Assembly: GCA_951406725.2 (NCBI GenBank)
Contig: OX597817.1
Span: forward strand, 133,734,001-133,798,000
Length of the DNA: 64,000 nucleotides
Source of the DNA: Octopus vulgaris
Taxonomy: Eukaryota
Direction: 5' to 3'
The notes under the pieces are model-generated. The model was not told where the DNA came from. It searched no databases and saw nothing but the letters and a program-made list of their open reading frames with translations. Shown here in pieces: positions 52,191-64,000 of this stretch (the first letter of the stretch is position 1; every line of letters starts with the position of its first letter). A program made the position numbers and the translations under genes.

Positions 52191-53675
52191 TAAAAATGTC
52201 AGTCTTTTACTGGCTTCAGTCATTGGACTGGGACACGGTCTTCAAGATTTTAATTTATCATATCAAACTCAGGATCTGGGATTTATTTTATTGAATCACA
52301 AAATTAGACTTTTGACATTAAGGGATGTTACTCCTGTTTAGATTAGTAAGTATAAGCACAGCACACATACTTGCAAGGCATTGATGAAGCCAAAACCACA
52401 ATAGGCAGTGTTTGCCTCGTGTGGTATAGAATGGGATTGACTCTGGAATCAGATGGTTGGTTGCAAGCTAGAACCAGTACACTCTGTAAAGTGGTTTTTG
52501 TTAGGAAGGGCATCCAGCTGTAGAAATTATGCCAAATCTAAAACATGAGATGAGATCTCCCAGCCTCTCTAGGTGGGCAATACTCTTCAAAAAGCTGCTG
52601 CATTGATCCAAAATACAGCAACATGGAAAACACATATAAAATAAAATGGAAAATAATGGCAGTTGTGATGATGATGATGATAAAGAGGAGGCCTGGTCCT
52701 AAAGTTTTTTCTCTCCAATTAAATCTAAACTGTTGCTTCAGTGTATTTATCCATATCTTATATGAAATCTCAGAGATTAACTAACATTATCCCTCACTTT
52801 TTATTCCATTTTGGAGAAAGAAAAATTTTAAATGCTAAATTTCTTTCTTGAAGATTTCCATGTTTCTTTCATAAATTCTAACAGAACCATTGTTATATAT
52901 TTTAACATTCATTTCTAACAAATAGTTTATATCTCAACAGAAGAAGAATATGATGGGTTTCTGCCCCCACACTCACACAAACACACACTTTCTGTTATCT
53001 ACATAGATTTCATGCCATTTTCTAACCTTGTTAGTTTCAATGTTCTAGTTTAAACCATTTCATCCTTCAGGTTTTCCTGGAATCCATGTCTCACCCTCCG
53101 CAGCTATTCACTTTTAAATCTAACAACTTCATTCTTTAGCATTTAATTCTTTTACAGCTTAGTGCTGCTTTAGTTCTTTGGAGTTCTTTTTGCAGTTTCC
53201 ATTCAGGCCCAGATTTCCTTCCGTGCACAACTATTCATTCAGTCTTTGATTATTTGATCTCATCTTTTCTTTATTTACCATATTCCACACTCTTTCCAAC
53301 ACCAGATCTCTTATCTTCTGCTTCTATATATTCAAAACATAGTTCTTTCTTCTGCTCTATGTCTCTCTCTCTCTCCTTCTCTTTCCTGCCATTCACATCC
53401 TATTTACGTTTTATTCCAATATAAAATACCACATTCAGTTTTGTTTTATTGTGAACATCTTTCATTATATTCATGACACCTCTTTCCATTTTCCTTGTCA
53501 TGCACACCCAAGCTGGAGATTGTCTTTGAGAATTATTTCAATGATTCCTGCAGCCAGTATATATATAAACCTACACTCTCATACAAAGCTATGTAAATCA
53601 CGTACCTATCTCTTCAAACTATAACTTCCATAAGCATGTATCTCACACAAGTTTCCACATTATCATCATCATTAT

Positions 53676-53890
53676 TGGGGCAGCAAGCTGACAGAGTTGT
53701 TAGAATGCTGGGAAAATTGTTTAGCAGCATTTCATCTGTCTTTACATTCTGAGTTCAAATTCTACCAATGTTGACTTTGCCTTTCACTCTTTTGGGGTTC
53801 ATAAAATAAGTACCAGTCAAGTACTGTGATCGACGTAATTGACTTACCTCATCACTCGAATTGCTGGCCTTGTGCCAAAATTTTAAATCA
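53676..53890 (+). mobile_element. SINE family C, CpG-decayed
   Basis: ggcagcaagctgacagagttgttag...gagttcaaattc...aagtaccag...ggccttgtgccaaaa then (tta)n. Confidence 0.85.
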
Positions 53891-53921
53891 TTATTATTAT
53901 TATTATTGTCATTATTATTAT

Positions 53922-54248
53922 AATTGCCTTTGCATAGCTTCTAACGCTGGAGATGTACTATAGTGCCAGCTGTTCACTACCAGTGAACTAAGGTAACACC
54001 TCTTATGTTTCAAGCACCTTCCGGTGTATTTGAGCGGTTCCAAGCAGTAGGTTTCTGCAAGTGCTCACCCTTATTGCAGCCCCTATTTTGTTCCACATAC
54101 TTCTCGAGATTTTTGCTCACAGTTCCCAGGTATCCAACAATTATTGGTACAACTGCTACCTTCTTCATGGACCACAACTGCTTAACTTCCGAAGCTAACC
54201 TGTCATATTTCTTGATTTTTCTTTCTTCCTTATTGTATACCTTGTTGT
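53922..54248 (-). mobile_element. Second 5'-truncated R4/Dong-clade retrotransposon (different subfamily)
   Basis: Open minus frame NKEERKIKKYDRLASEVKQLWSMKKVAVVPIIVGYLGTVSKNLEKY...LLLGTAQIHRKVLET* (stop 54003-54005), between (TTA)n runs. Confidence 0.8.
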
Positions 54249-54297
54249 TATTATTATTATTACTTTTATTATTATTATTATTGTTGTTGTTGTTATT

Positions 54298-54485
54298 AGG
54301 ACTGTGAGCTGGGGAAAATGCTTAGTGGCATTTCACCCACCTTTACATTTTGAGTTCAAATTCTACTGAGGCTGGCTTTAATTTTCATCCACTTGGGGTT
54401 GATAAAATAAGTACCAATTGATCACTGATTAACGTACCCCCCACACCCACGATCTTGCTGGCCTTGTGCCAAAATTTAAAATCAT
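54298..54485 (+). mobile_element. SINE family C
   Basis: aaaatgcttagtggcatttc...gagttcaaattc...gataaaataagtacc...ggccttgtgccaaaa. Confidence 0.8.
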
Positions 54486-55811
54486 TATCTTTTTGTTTTG
54501 GCATTTGGGCAGAATTTGATAAAATGCTTACTGACATTTCTTATTTTGTGATTTGTTCTCTAATGGATCTGGAATCTCTTCGTTTACAACTTAAACGAAT
54601 AAATAATTATAGATCTGTTTGCATAATTTATTGCACTACACTTGAATTTAACACCAAATTTAAACTACAAACTTTTCTTGCATTTTATTCTCTCCTCCTT
54701 CTCCTTCTTCTTCCAATACGTATTACCCTTACTACTGCAACTACCACCATCTCTAGTACATACTAATCTCATTGGAATTCTATCGGAAAGATATAAAAGG
54801 CACCAACTGAAAGGTCACTGCAGTATATTGGGTCAAGCATATTTGCCCTGATTCCAACGAAGCATCTGTTGACAGTTAATAATCATATCTTAACATACAG
54901 CCCTTCCCCCAGCCCTCCCCTCACCTTCTTTCCACAACTCTACATTTAGTTGTGTTGTTGTTGTTGTAGGTGTAATAGTGGTGAGAATGCTGTGGGTGTG
55001 GCTTTCTCAATTGATTTGCTTAGAATTTTGTTTCTTTAATCAATAATTCAAACATATTCTAATACATATTTGTATAAGTATGTGATTATATATTCACTGA
55101 CATATATATAAATGTGTGTGTGTAGAATAACAGTGAGATGCATGCACACACACACATATTCAACTCTGTCAAATTCTAAACTGGATGGAAATTGTTCATT
55201 ATTAATTGTGAATATATATATATATTATTTCACTATATTTATATAAATGTATGTATTCTCATAGATTGATATTTTTTTCGTTCATGTTTATATCTGTTTT
55301 TCATGTTAGCATGAGTTAGAGGAATATATTATTGAAATATTGTTTTATAGCCAGATGCTCTTCCTGCTGCTTACCCTCACCTGTTGGGTGTGATAGGATG
55401 GGAGTACTTCAAAACATGTATTAGTATGTATATCTGTGTGTGTGTGTGTGTGTGTGTGTGTTTGGGTATTCTTTGTAACTCCCCTGTATATTTATATGTA
55501 TATGAGAAAGTGGCTCCTTGGATATGTGTATCAGACACTAGTATGTTTGGTTTGAAATGTATGCTTGTATGGTATAAACATATATGTGCATGAGGGGTTT
55601 ACATGTCCAGAAGTATATACATAAACTTGAATTGTGAATGTATGTAAATATAAACCATTGTGTATGTGTGTGTGTGCGCGCGCGCGAATGTAGACCCCAA
55701 GCTACATTTACTAGGTAGAGGTGTATCAAATCACAGGCTGGTCTCCCAAAAGGAACTCATACTGTACACTTTTTCTAATCTCCTCTGTTTTTCAGTACCA
55801 CACAATATTTT

Positions 55812-56020
55812 TACTTCTTTAATGCCCACAGGGGGATAGACATAGAGTAGACAAACAAGGACAGACAAAGGGATTAAGTCGATTACATCGAGTCCAGTGT
55901 GTAACTGGTACTTAGTTAATCGACCCAGAAAGGACGAAAGGCAAAGTCGACCTCGGCGGTATTTGAACTCAGAACGTAACGGCAGACGAAATACCGCTAA
56001 GCATTTCACCCAGCATGACT
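55812..56020 (-). mobile_element. SINE family C variant, CpG-intact
   Basis: ggcaaagtcgacctcggcggtatttgaactcagaacgtaacggcagacgaaataccgctaagc. Confidence 0.9.
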
Positions 56021-56392
56021 GTAACTTCCTTGCTCACCCAGCTCCCCAGAATATATCAACTTTAATACTTAAATACTCTCTACTTGTGAAGACGGTTAGT
56101 TAGAAGAACCGATATAAAATTAACTGCCTAAAGTAGTTTTTAGAAAATTTTATACACACACACACACACATACACACACATATGTACATGCATGCATACA
56201 CACTAATATTGAACGGTGAGAATGAGTGCTCAACACCACATTGTGTTCGTGTTTAGTGCCCAATGGTATTTAAGAATGCCAAAATGGAAAGGAGTATCGA
56301 CACTTTCATGTGGCAATCTTGAACTATTGTGAAGATCTCTTCCCATGAAACCATTGGTTGCCTTGTTAGCCCACAAATAAAGTACGCTTACA

Positions 56393-56423
<31 letters not shown>

Positions 56424-56444
56424 GCGCATGCATGCATACATATA

Positions 56445-56696
56445 CAGTTGTGGCGAAAAGTTTGAAACATACGTCTGAAAATTAAAATGTCTATATTAAA
56501 TGCCCAAAGTTATACTTAATTTGCAATATATTATTACTTGGCCAAAAATTTGAAACATACGTCTGAAAATTAAAGCTGAACCATTAGATCGGTTATTAAG
56601 TAAGTATATCTCAACATTGTATATATTTCAATTGAATTGTACTTGGGCATGACAATTTTATATGTTAAAAATGCTCCAAACTTTTGGCCACGACTG
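56445..56696. mobile_element. Tc1-like MITE with TA target duplication
   Basis: TA-CAGTTGTGGCGAAAAGTTTG ... CAAACTTTTGGCCACGACTG-TA; internal duplicate of the left end at about 56540-56574. Confidence 0.85.
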
Positions 56697-56863
56697 TATA
56701 AATATATATACTAAATAATAATAATAATAATAATATATATATATATATATACGGTTAAGTAATTGAGATTCTAGAGAATTCTAAAGAATTCGCATGAATA
56801 TGGTCCTTAACTAGGATGCACCGGATATCTATACGGTGTTAGCCATACGACAAGTGGGGTGAT

Positions 56864-56965
56864 TATAAATAGGAAAAAAGCAACAAGAATGGATTAAAAT
56901 CTCGGAATTTAATACTGGATTAAAATACCGAGATTTTAATCCATTCTTGTTGCTTTTTTCCTATT

Positions 56966-56969
<4 letters not shown>
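56864..56969. repeat. Perfect 42-bp-arm inverted repeat next to (TA)n
   Basis: tataaataggaaaaaagcaacaagaatggattaaaatctcgg and ccgagattttaatccattcttgttgcttttttcctatttata. Confidence 0.97.
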
Positions 56970-56997
<28 letters not shown>

Positions 56998-58407
56998 TGC
57001 ATATATGGGTGCAGGACGTCACCAACGGTGCAAATAACATGAAATACGTAAACAACGAGAAAAAAATGGAAAACCGGACAAGTTAACACAGAAAAAGGAC
57101 CCCTCATCAGTTGTCGGCTGTCTATCTACTCCTCATTTCGACCATTCAGCGACAAAGATATATATATATATATGATCAAGCAAGTTACCTATATTAGAAT
57201 GAAAATCACTCAATGTAATGAGTTAATATATTTTTGCAATTATAAAGCCGTTGTTACTCTAAGCTTCAAAATACCTAGCTATCAATCAAACATATAGAAC
57301 AAGATACTGCTGCCTGTGTAGCCTCAACTCATCTATAGTCGATGATTGATATACAGGTGTTAAGATGTTTGACTTGTTTCAATTGACAACCAGCTCTTTG
57401 AAGCTTACAATAACAATTGGCTGACAATTTGTAACTATATATAGATCTTCAAATATTAGCACCCAGTTGACAAAGAATTCCAGTCAAGTCGATATTCAAC
57501 TACTTCTTACAGCATATCAAAATACACTTCTTTTGTTAATTAGGCTAATGAGGAAGCCCCTGTGTGGTTGCTCAACCTGTTAGAAATAGTTACCAAATCT
57601 TCCTAAATCACACCCTACCATCTTTGATAGTCATGGACCATCACTATTAAATCTGATCAGCCATTGCAGGACATCGTCCGGCATTTAGTCCAGGTAAATA
57701 GTTTACGCACTACATTCGTTTTGTGTTCTTCGACAGTGAATATTTTCTCTCATGTTTTAGAGTCCCTCAGGAAACATTCCGTCAAATACTTGTCTAATTC
57801 TAGTGACTAATATTTTAACCCTATCCATCTTAACATATTTCTCTGTATCCAGTTTAGACACAACTTTTACAATTAAATTACAGGAAGAACCCGTACTTCA
57901 CTTACTCAACATGAGTGTAATATGTGGGGAGCAAGTGTGTCTTGCTTTCACTCCACCTATCGGGCATGAATTATTAATGAATTCTGGTTTATTGTGAACC
58001 AACAAGAAGCATAATGAATATTTCTGTAATAAGCAAATGGCTGGATGTAATAAAAAGAAAAGGGGGAAAAAATTCAGATATATTTCTTCTCTCTCCTCAA
58101 AACAAACCTATCTTCACACAAGAGGTTTTTATTTTTAAATTGTTGTTAGCCCTGATATCATTTACTGTTCCAGAAAATTAATGAAATCAGGCAATTTTAA
58201 GACGGATAAGTAAAGAAAAATATTGACTGCTGTTGATATTTTCTACGTTGACAATAGATAATGGCAAGTTCCATTTCAAACACTGTATAAGGTGGGAGTA
58301 GAGATAACTTTTGAGCAAAAGATGGCACTCAGCGTTCCTGTGTGTTGAATTTACATTGTTTTACATTATTTAAGCTGTGACTGTTGTTTTCTTGTCTGCT
58401 GTATTAT

Positions 58408-58560
58408 ATATTTCTTTACTACCCACAAGGGGCTAAACATAGAGGGGACAAACAAGGACAGACAAACGAATAAAGTCGATTACATCAACCCCAGTGCGTA
58501 ACTGGTACTTAATTTATCGACCCCGAAAGGATGAAAGGCAAAGTCGACCTCGGCGGAATT
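58408..58560 (-). mobile_element. SINE family C variant, 5'-truncated, CpG-intact
   Basis: atcgaccccgaaaggatgaaaggcaaagtcgacctcggcggaatt. Confidence 0.85.
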
Positions 58561-58579
58561 AAAGGACTTCTTTACCCCT

Positions 58580-58975
58580 AGGTGCTGGCGTGGCTGTGTA
58601 GTAAAAAGTCTGCTCCCCAACCACATGGTTTCGGATTCATGCGTGGCACCATGAGCAAGTGTTTTCTACTCTCGCCTCAGGTTGACCAAAGCCTTGCTAG
58701 TGAACGTGGTAGTCGGAAACTGAAGGAAGTGCATCTTGTGTGTGTGTATGTGCGTGTGTGTGTGTCTGAGTTTGTCCGCACAACCGCTTGTTGGCGAGTT
58801 TACGTTCTCGTAACTCAGCAGTTCGACAACAATGACCGATAGAACAAGTACTAGGCTTAACATTAAAAAATAATAATAACATGCACTGAGGCCGATTCAT
58901 TTGACTAAAAAAGTTTTTAAGTCGCTGCTCCAGCATGACCGCGATCTAATGATTGAAATGAGTAAAACATAAACG
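58580..58975 (+). mobile_element. SINE family A, near full length
   Basis: ggcgtggctgtgtagtaa head through ctccagcatgaccgc...gaaatgagtaaaa tail. Confidence 0.85.
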
Positions 58976-60162
58976 ACGAAAGATATCCATCCATTTTTAA
59001 GACAGCAGAAGGTATTTAAAAAAAATCTTCAAAATCTATGTATAAAACAAATTGTTTTGTTTTTTGGGGGAGCAGGTACTTTATACTTGGGAGTAAAGAA
59101 AGCAGGTCTGTATAATCACTCCAGTACGATACCATACGCGAAAACATGGCATGTAAAGTCATGGTTGGAGTGTCTAACCACGTAAGAGCGGATAGTGTGT
59201 TGTTCATCGTGTTTAGATTAGGATACATTGAGAAAAATTGTGATATATATATATATACCCGCAAAATTCTCTACGCTGATGAACAGCTCTAGTGACTCGT
59301 TCTTTGGAAGAAATCCTGAAAATTCGAATAATTATGAATACGCGTTGACAGTCTTTGTCCTATCAAACACAAAAGAGTCTGGAGTCTTGTATCAGTCTGA
59401 GAACTGGATCATATCCCGGTCCTGAATGAGCATCTAAATGTTATGCGGTTTACATATTTAGGCCGCACAGTTTATCATGATAATTGTATGCTTCATGGTA
59501 ATTGTATGAGTCGCTGTATCCAGTATGCTGTGGTTAATTCCGGGAACAATGGTAACAACGGGGCATAGAATTGTCAATGGAATGCTATGTGTTCTGACGA
59601 GACCCCTACACCCTGAATCGTTGACACAACAAAAAGCCAAATGAACTGCCTGCTGCAGGATCTACATTTCAGAATAACGATGTCATTAATCGACATCTCA
59701 GTGAAGCACGTGACTTGAGTGTGATCACGTGGGAAGAATACGAAAGATAGCGGGGAGCTATAAAGAAAGGAGTAAAAGTTGGAAAGTCGAATTGGACGAA
59801 GCTGCCAGAAGAGAGAAAAGTGAAAAGCAGGACTTACTGCACTCAGTATACCAAGAATATTCTGGAATGGCTGCGGATGTGGTTGTATCAGCTTTGATCA
59901 TACAATGCCCAATAGTATATCAGCTATTTAAACGGCAGTTAAAGCTGCTTTCTTTCTGTCCTCTCATAGGTAGCTCGAGATCCCAAGCTCTTAGCAAACC
60001 ATTAACTTTTTGTTTGCCTTGAAATCATAGAATCGATATGTTTAATTGAGCAAGAAGTATTTTGCTCTTATCTATTTCTAAGAATTTAAATATATAAATG
60101 TATATTATCAAACAATTCTTTTAGTGTTACTCATACACACACTTCTTTAAAAAAAAAAGAGA

Positions 60163-60295
60163 TTGTATAAATATATACATGTTATTTAAAAAAACAAGAA
60201 TGTATGTATAAATATACACATGCTGTTTCAAAAGCAAAATATGTATGTATAAATATGAACATGTTACTTCAAAGACATTAATATATATATAAACA
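60163..60295. repeat. Diverged AT-rich minisatellite, about 40-bp unit
   Basis: tgtataaatat..acatg.t..tt.aaa recurs 3-4 times. Confidence 0.6.
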
Positions 60296-61009
60296 CTTTC
60301 TACAACACAGAATTATTTAACTGATTTTGTAAAACACAAAATCATGTATATAAATATGCTTATTCCCACAAACATAGTTATGAACCTTGACATTGATTGG
60401 TGTTGTATATTTAGACTTCTTATATGAATTCTGCTTCGTTTCTAACCTAAATTCCAGTAACTCCCAACAGTACACTCGCTTATTGAATTAATACACCAAC
60501 AACATCAGCAGAGGTCTATTTTATGTTGATTTTTAAGAAATGAATGATAAAATATAGATATAGTCTATCATCGTTGCGACGTCTTTGAACATTTTAATTT
60601 TCTACTGACTCACTTAATTATGTTGTCTTGGATACTTCTAAAAAGAAGGGATAGTCAGCGATGGAACGCATTCGATTCATTTGGGTTGACCTAAAGTTAA
60701 GCAACATATTTCTTGGTTTACATTCGACATGAGTAGAATGGAATACAAAATAAATATAAATGCTTGCACAAATTTAGTGTCCAAAATAAAGAAGCAGAAT
60801 TATATGTGAGCACGGTGTTTTCGATAACAGTTAATGTAGTAGCACCATAAGTAGTAGTAGTAGTAATGTATGTATATATATATGTATATGTACGTATATA
60901 TAAACATATAAACACAAACATTATATGTATGTATATATATGTATATGTATGTATGTATATATTAACATATAAACACAAACATTATCTATATATATATAAT
61001 GTTTGTGTT

Positions 61010-61205
61010 TATATGTTTGACCCCCCTCCATCGTTTGACAACAGATGTTGGTGTATTTACTTAGCGGTTTGACAAAAGTGACCGATAGAATAAGCATTAG
61101 GTTTACAAAGAATAAGTCCTGGGGTAGATTCGTTCGACTAAATGCGGTGCTCCAGGGTGGCCGCAGTCAAATGACTAAAACAAATAAACGAATAAAAGAA
61201 AAGAA
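61010..61205 (+). mobile_element. SINE family A, 3' half
   Basis: ccatcgtttgacaac...aagaataagtcctgggg...ggccgcagtcaaatgact. Confidence 0.85.
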
Positions 61206-61274
61206 TACACATACATGCAGCATACATTATGCATTTTATTCATACATAATATATATTTCGTAAGTATATATATA

Positions 61275-61443
61275 CTCTTTTACTTGTTTCAGTCATTTGA
61301 CTGTGGCCATGCTGGAGCACCGCCTTTAGTCAAACAAATCGACCCCAGGACTTATTCTTTTTAAGCCTTGTACTTATTGTATCGGTCCCTTTTGGCGATG
61401 TTGGGGGACAAACACAGGCAAACAAACATATACATACATACAC

Positions 61444-61497
<54 letters not shown>

Positions 61498-61502
61498 ATA
61501 TG

Positions 61503-61545
<43 letters not shown>

Positions 61546-61680
61546 CACGACGGGCTTCTTTCATTTTCCGTCTACCAAATCACAAGGCTTTGTGATTTTG
61601 CCCAAAGTGCCACGCTGTGGGACTGAACCCGGAACCATGTGGTTCGTAAGCAAGGTACTTACCACACAACCACTCCTATG

Positions 61681-61682
<2 letters not shown>
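61275..61682 (-). mobile_element. SINE family A, full length
   Basis: Tail ctcttttacttgtttcagtcatttgac through head cttaccacacaaccactcctatgcc. Confidence 0.9.
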
Positions 61683-61762
<80 letters not shown>

Positions 61763-62275
61763 AGGATATATGTATGTATGCATGTATGTAAATATATATA
61801 CATACACGTGTGTGTGTATACATGTATTTATGTATATACGTTTGTATGTAGACCGACAGATAGATATATGCGTGTAATACCCAGTGATGGTCACATCAAA
61901 ATCGAAGAAAAGAGAAGCCAAATCGATGACCTTGCCGCTGATATTCACGGTGACAACAGCAGCAGCAGCAGCTGCAACAGCATAAATAACAACGGCAACC
62001 GTCTTTAGTTGTTATTGTTGACAACAACAACAACTGCGATGAAGATGATGTAACGCTTGACTTGCTCGTAACAGTAGCTAAATCACCCTCACCTCACTCA
62101 CACGCTGAAATCTTCGACAGAAAAGGCAAAAAGGAAAAAAAAAAATAATAATTGCTAGGATTGTCACGGTTGGAATATGACGTGGGAGTTCAACAGCTGT
62201 GTTAAAGTCGGCGAATACAACTATAGACGTACTGCGATGATGTATGTGTGTTTGTACAATGTATGTATGAGTATA

Positions 62276-62313
<38 letters not shown>

Positions 62314-62547
62314 TGTGTTTGTGCGCGTGGAATATACATTTGTATACACACGATCATTGGACTTACTCCGCTATTCTGAGTTGTTTGATAACACTATTGC
62401 CTTTTGTAAAAACATTGTTTTGCAATTTACACACTGGGTAACCTAGTCCAAGATAGACTATGCCTGTGGTGAAAAAGTCGGGTTAGTTATAGACGGAATG
62501 ATCATAGAAGCCTACGGGTCAAAGGAGTGACCTGGGGTTAAATTATT

Positions 62548-62682
62548 ATTTTCTACTCTAGACACAAGGCCCGAAATTTTGGGGGAGGGGGGGGCAGTCG
62601 ATTAGATCGACCCCAGTACGCAACTGGTACTTAATTTATCGACACTGAAAGGATAAAGAGCAAAGTCGACCTCGACGGAGAC
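62548..62682 (-). mobile_element. SINE family C, 3' part
   Basis: cacaaggcccgaaatttt...gtcgattagatcgaccccagtacgcaactggtac. Confidence 0.85.
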
Positions 62683-62743
62683 CTGAGGCTAATTATTGCA
62701 AACATTCGGACACCCACACACACGTGTGTGTGGGTGTGTGTAT

Positions 62744-63021
62744 GAAGGCGTGTGGTTATGTGTTTTGAGCTCACGATCTTGAAGTCATGAGTTCGATTCC
62801 CGACGGCGCGTTGTGTCCTTGAGCAAGACACTTTATTTCACGTTGCTTCGGTTCACTCAGCTATCAAAAATGAATTGTACCTATATTTCAACTACCTTTA
62901 GAAATGCGTTATGGTTGCGCATTTGGGGTACTCAACCACTTGCACGTTGATTTCACGAAAAGGCTTTTCTGTCGATCGAGACAATTGGAACCCTGGACAT
63001 CGTAACAGACGCAGTACCAGT
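62744..63021 (+). mobile_element. CORE-like SINE family E
   Basis: Box B GAGTTCGATTCC, ttgtgtccttgagcaagacactttatttcacgttgct; 3' end shared with 30411-30626. Confidence 0.8.
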
Positions 63022-63039
63022 TATATGTATGCATGAATG

Positions 63040-63172
63040 ATGGGCTTCTTTCAGTTTCCGTCAACCAAATTCACTCAAGGCTTTGACCGGCCGAAGCTAT
63101 AGTCGAAGACAGTTGCTTTAAATGCCACGTAGTGGGACAAGAATTCAAAACTATGCAGTTGGGAAGCAAACT

Positions 63173-63178
<6 letters not shown>
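63040..63178 (-). mobile_element. SINE family A, 5' part
   Basis: gggcttctttcagtttccgtc...ttgggaagcaaacttct. Confidence 0.75.
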
Positions 63179-63220
<42 letters not shown>

Positions 63221-63223
<3 letters not shown>

Positions 63224-63330
63224 ATTCAAAAGTCACCATATACATATATAACAATTTATTTTTTATAAGAAAATATTTTTTATTTAACCGTTTCTTATAA
63301 AAAAAATTAATTTTCCTATGTATGGTGAGA
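63221..63330 (-). mobile_element. Further-deleted derivative of the 39676 element
   Basis: gtgattcaaaagtcaccata...aacaatttatt.ttataagaaa and aattttcctatgtatgg match both ends of 39676-40045 in reverse. Confidence 0.65.
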
Positions 63331-63538
63331 ATGCGAAACCGAAAAGGGTGACGTGGGGGTGAATAATGCTTCATGTGCTATGTTAATTTGTGAACTTAAA
63401 CAATTATGAACAAGCAGATACATATCTGATTAATTATTCAAAGCATATAGTTGTTAATTGGTGTGTATCTCATCAGTGATCTAGCTGTTTGTCTGCGCTA
63501 TGTTCCATCTGCATAGTCAAGTACTCCTCTCGTATACA

Positions 63539-63571
<33 letters not shown>

Positions 63572-64000
63572 TCATATCTATATATGTGTGTCTATGTATT
63601 TATGTAATTGTTCAGTTTCACTTCAAGATTTTCAGCCAATAGAGAAAGAGCCGGTTTCTAACTTAGATCCAAGGCTCCTTCATTGGAATTTCAACATCAA
63701 TATGTATGTATGTATGTACGTATGTATGTATGTGTGTGTATGCATGTATGTATGTATGTATGTATGTATGTATGTATGTTGAAACCTCTCTCATATTAAC
63801 ACTGTAAGTGTTGTTAATAAATGTAGATAGCTAAGTTAGTAGATCTACGGATAAATTGTATCGGAGTATCATAGTTACGTTTTGAGTTCAAATCTCATCT
63901 GAGTCATCTTTTGCCTTTGGTTGATATCCTGTATACCAGTTACGTAGTGATGTCTATACAACTACTGCTCCCCCACACCAATAAGTTGTCCTGCGCCCAT

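Noticed and set aside
59016-60022. CpG-richer unique-looking segment with several short ORFs, faint CR1-like peptide and a CTGACGA at 59594
   Set aside because: Peptide resemblance is weak and inconsistent in strand; no GAAA partner for the core; no splice structure.
61875-62008. Protein-like end of the 174-aa ORF ([22 protein letters not shown])
   Set aside because: The upstream part is SINE and microsatellite, splice signals are weak and no homology is recognised.

Overview
AT-rich, repeat-saturated eukaryotic (animal) genomic DNA. The microsatellite load and the four or five recurring SINE families resemble coleoid cephalopod (Octopus-like) genomes; this is an inference, not a database result. 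I find no credible host protein-coding gene: nearly all ORF-track entries are microsatellite or SINE read-throughs. What can be supported is: many copies of tRNA-derived SINEs (here called A, C and E), a Meta-domain-like SINE with tandem 65-bp heads (B) and an older family (D); RTE-clade LINE 3' fossils; two 5'-truncated Dong/R4-clade retrotransposons in (TTA)n arrays; mariner, maT, rosa-like and Tigger/pogo transposase fossils; and several MITEs. Most interesting: (1) degenerate minimal hammerhead-ribozyme-like motifs of the Penelope type, and long (TA)n-associated palindromes, at least one centred on such a motif; (2) a switch near 55.7 kb from CpG-decayed to CpG-intact repeat copies, suggesting a methylation or gene-body boundary; (3) a nested insertion hotspot at 20.6-24.2 kb. 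All coordinates were read by eye and fossil boundaries are approximate.
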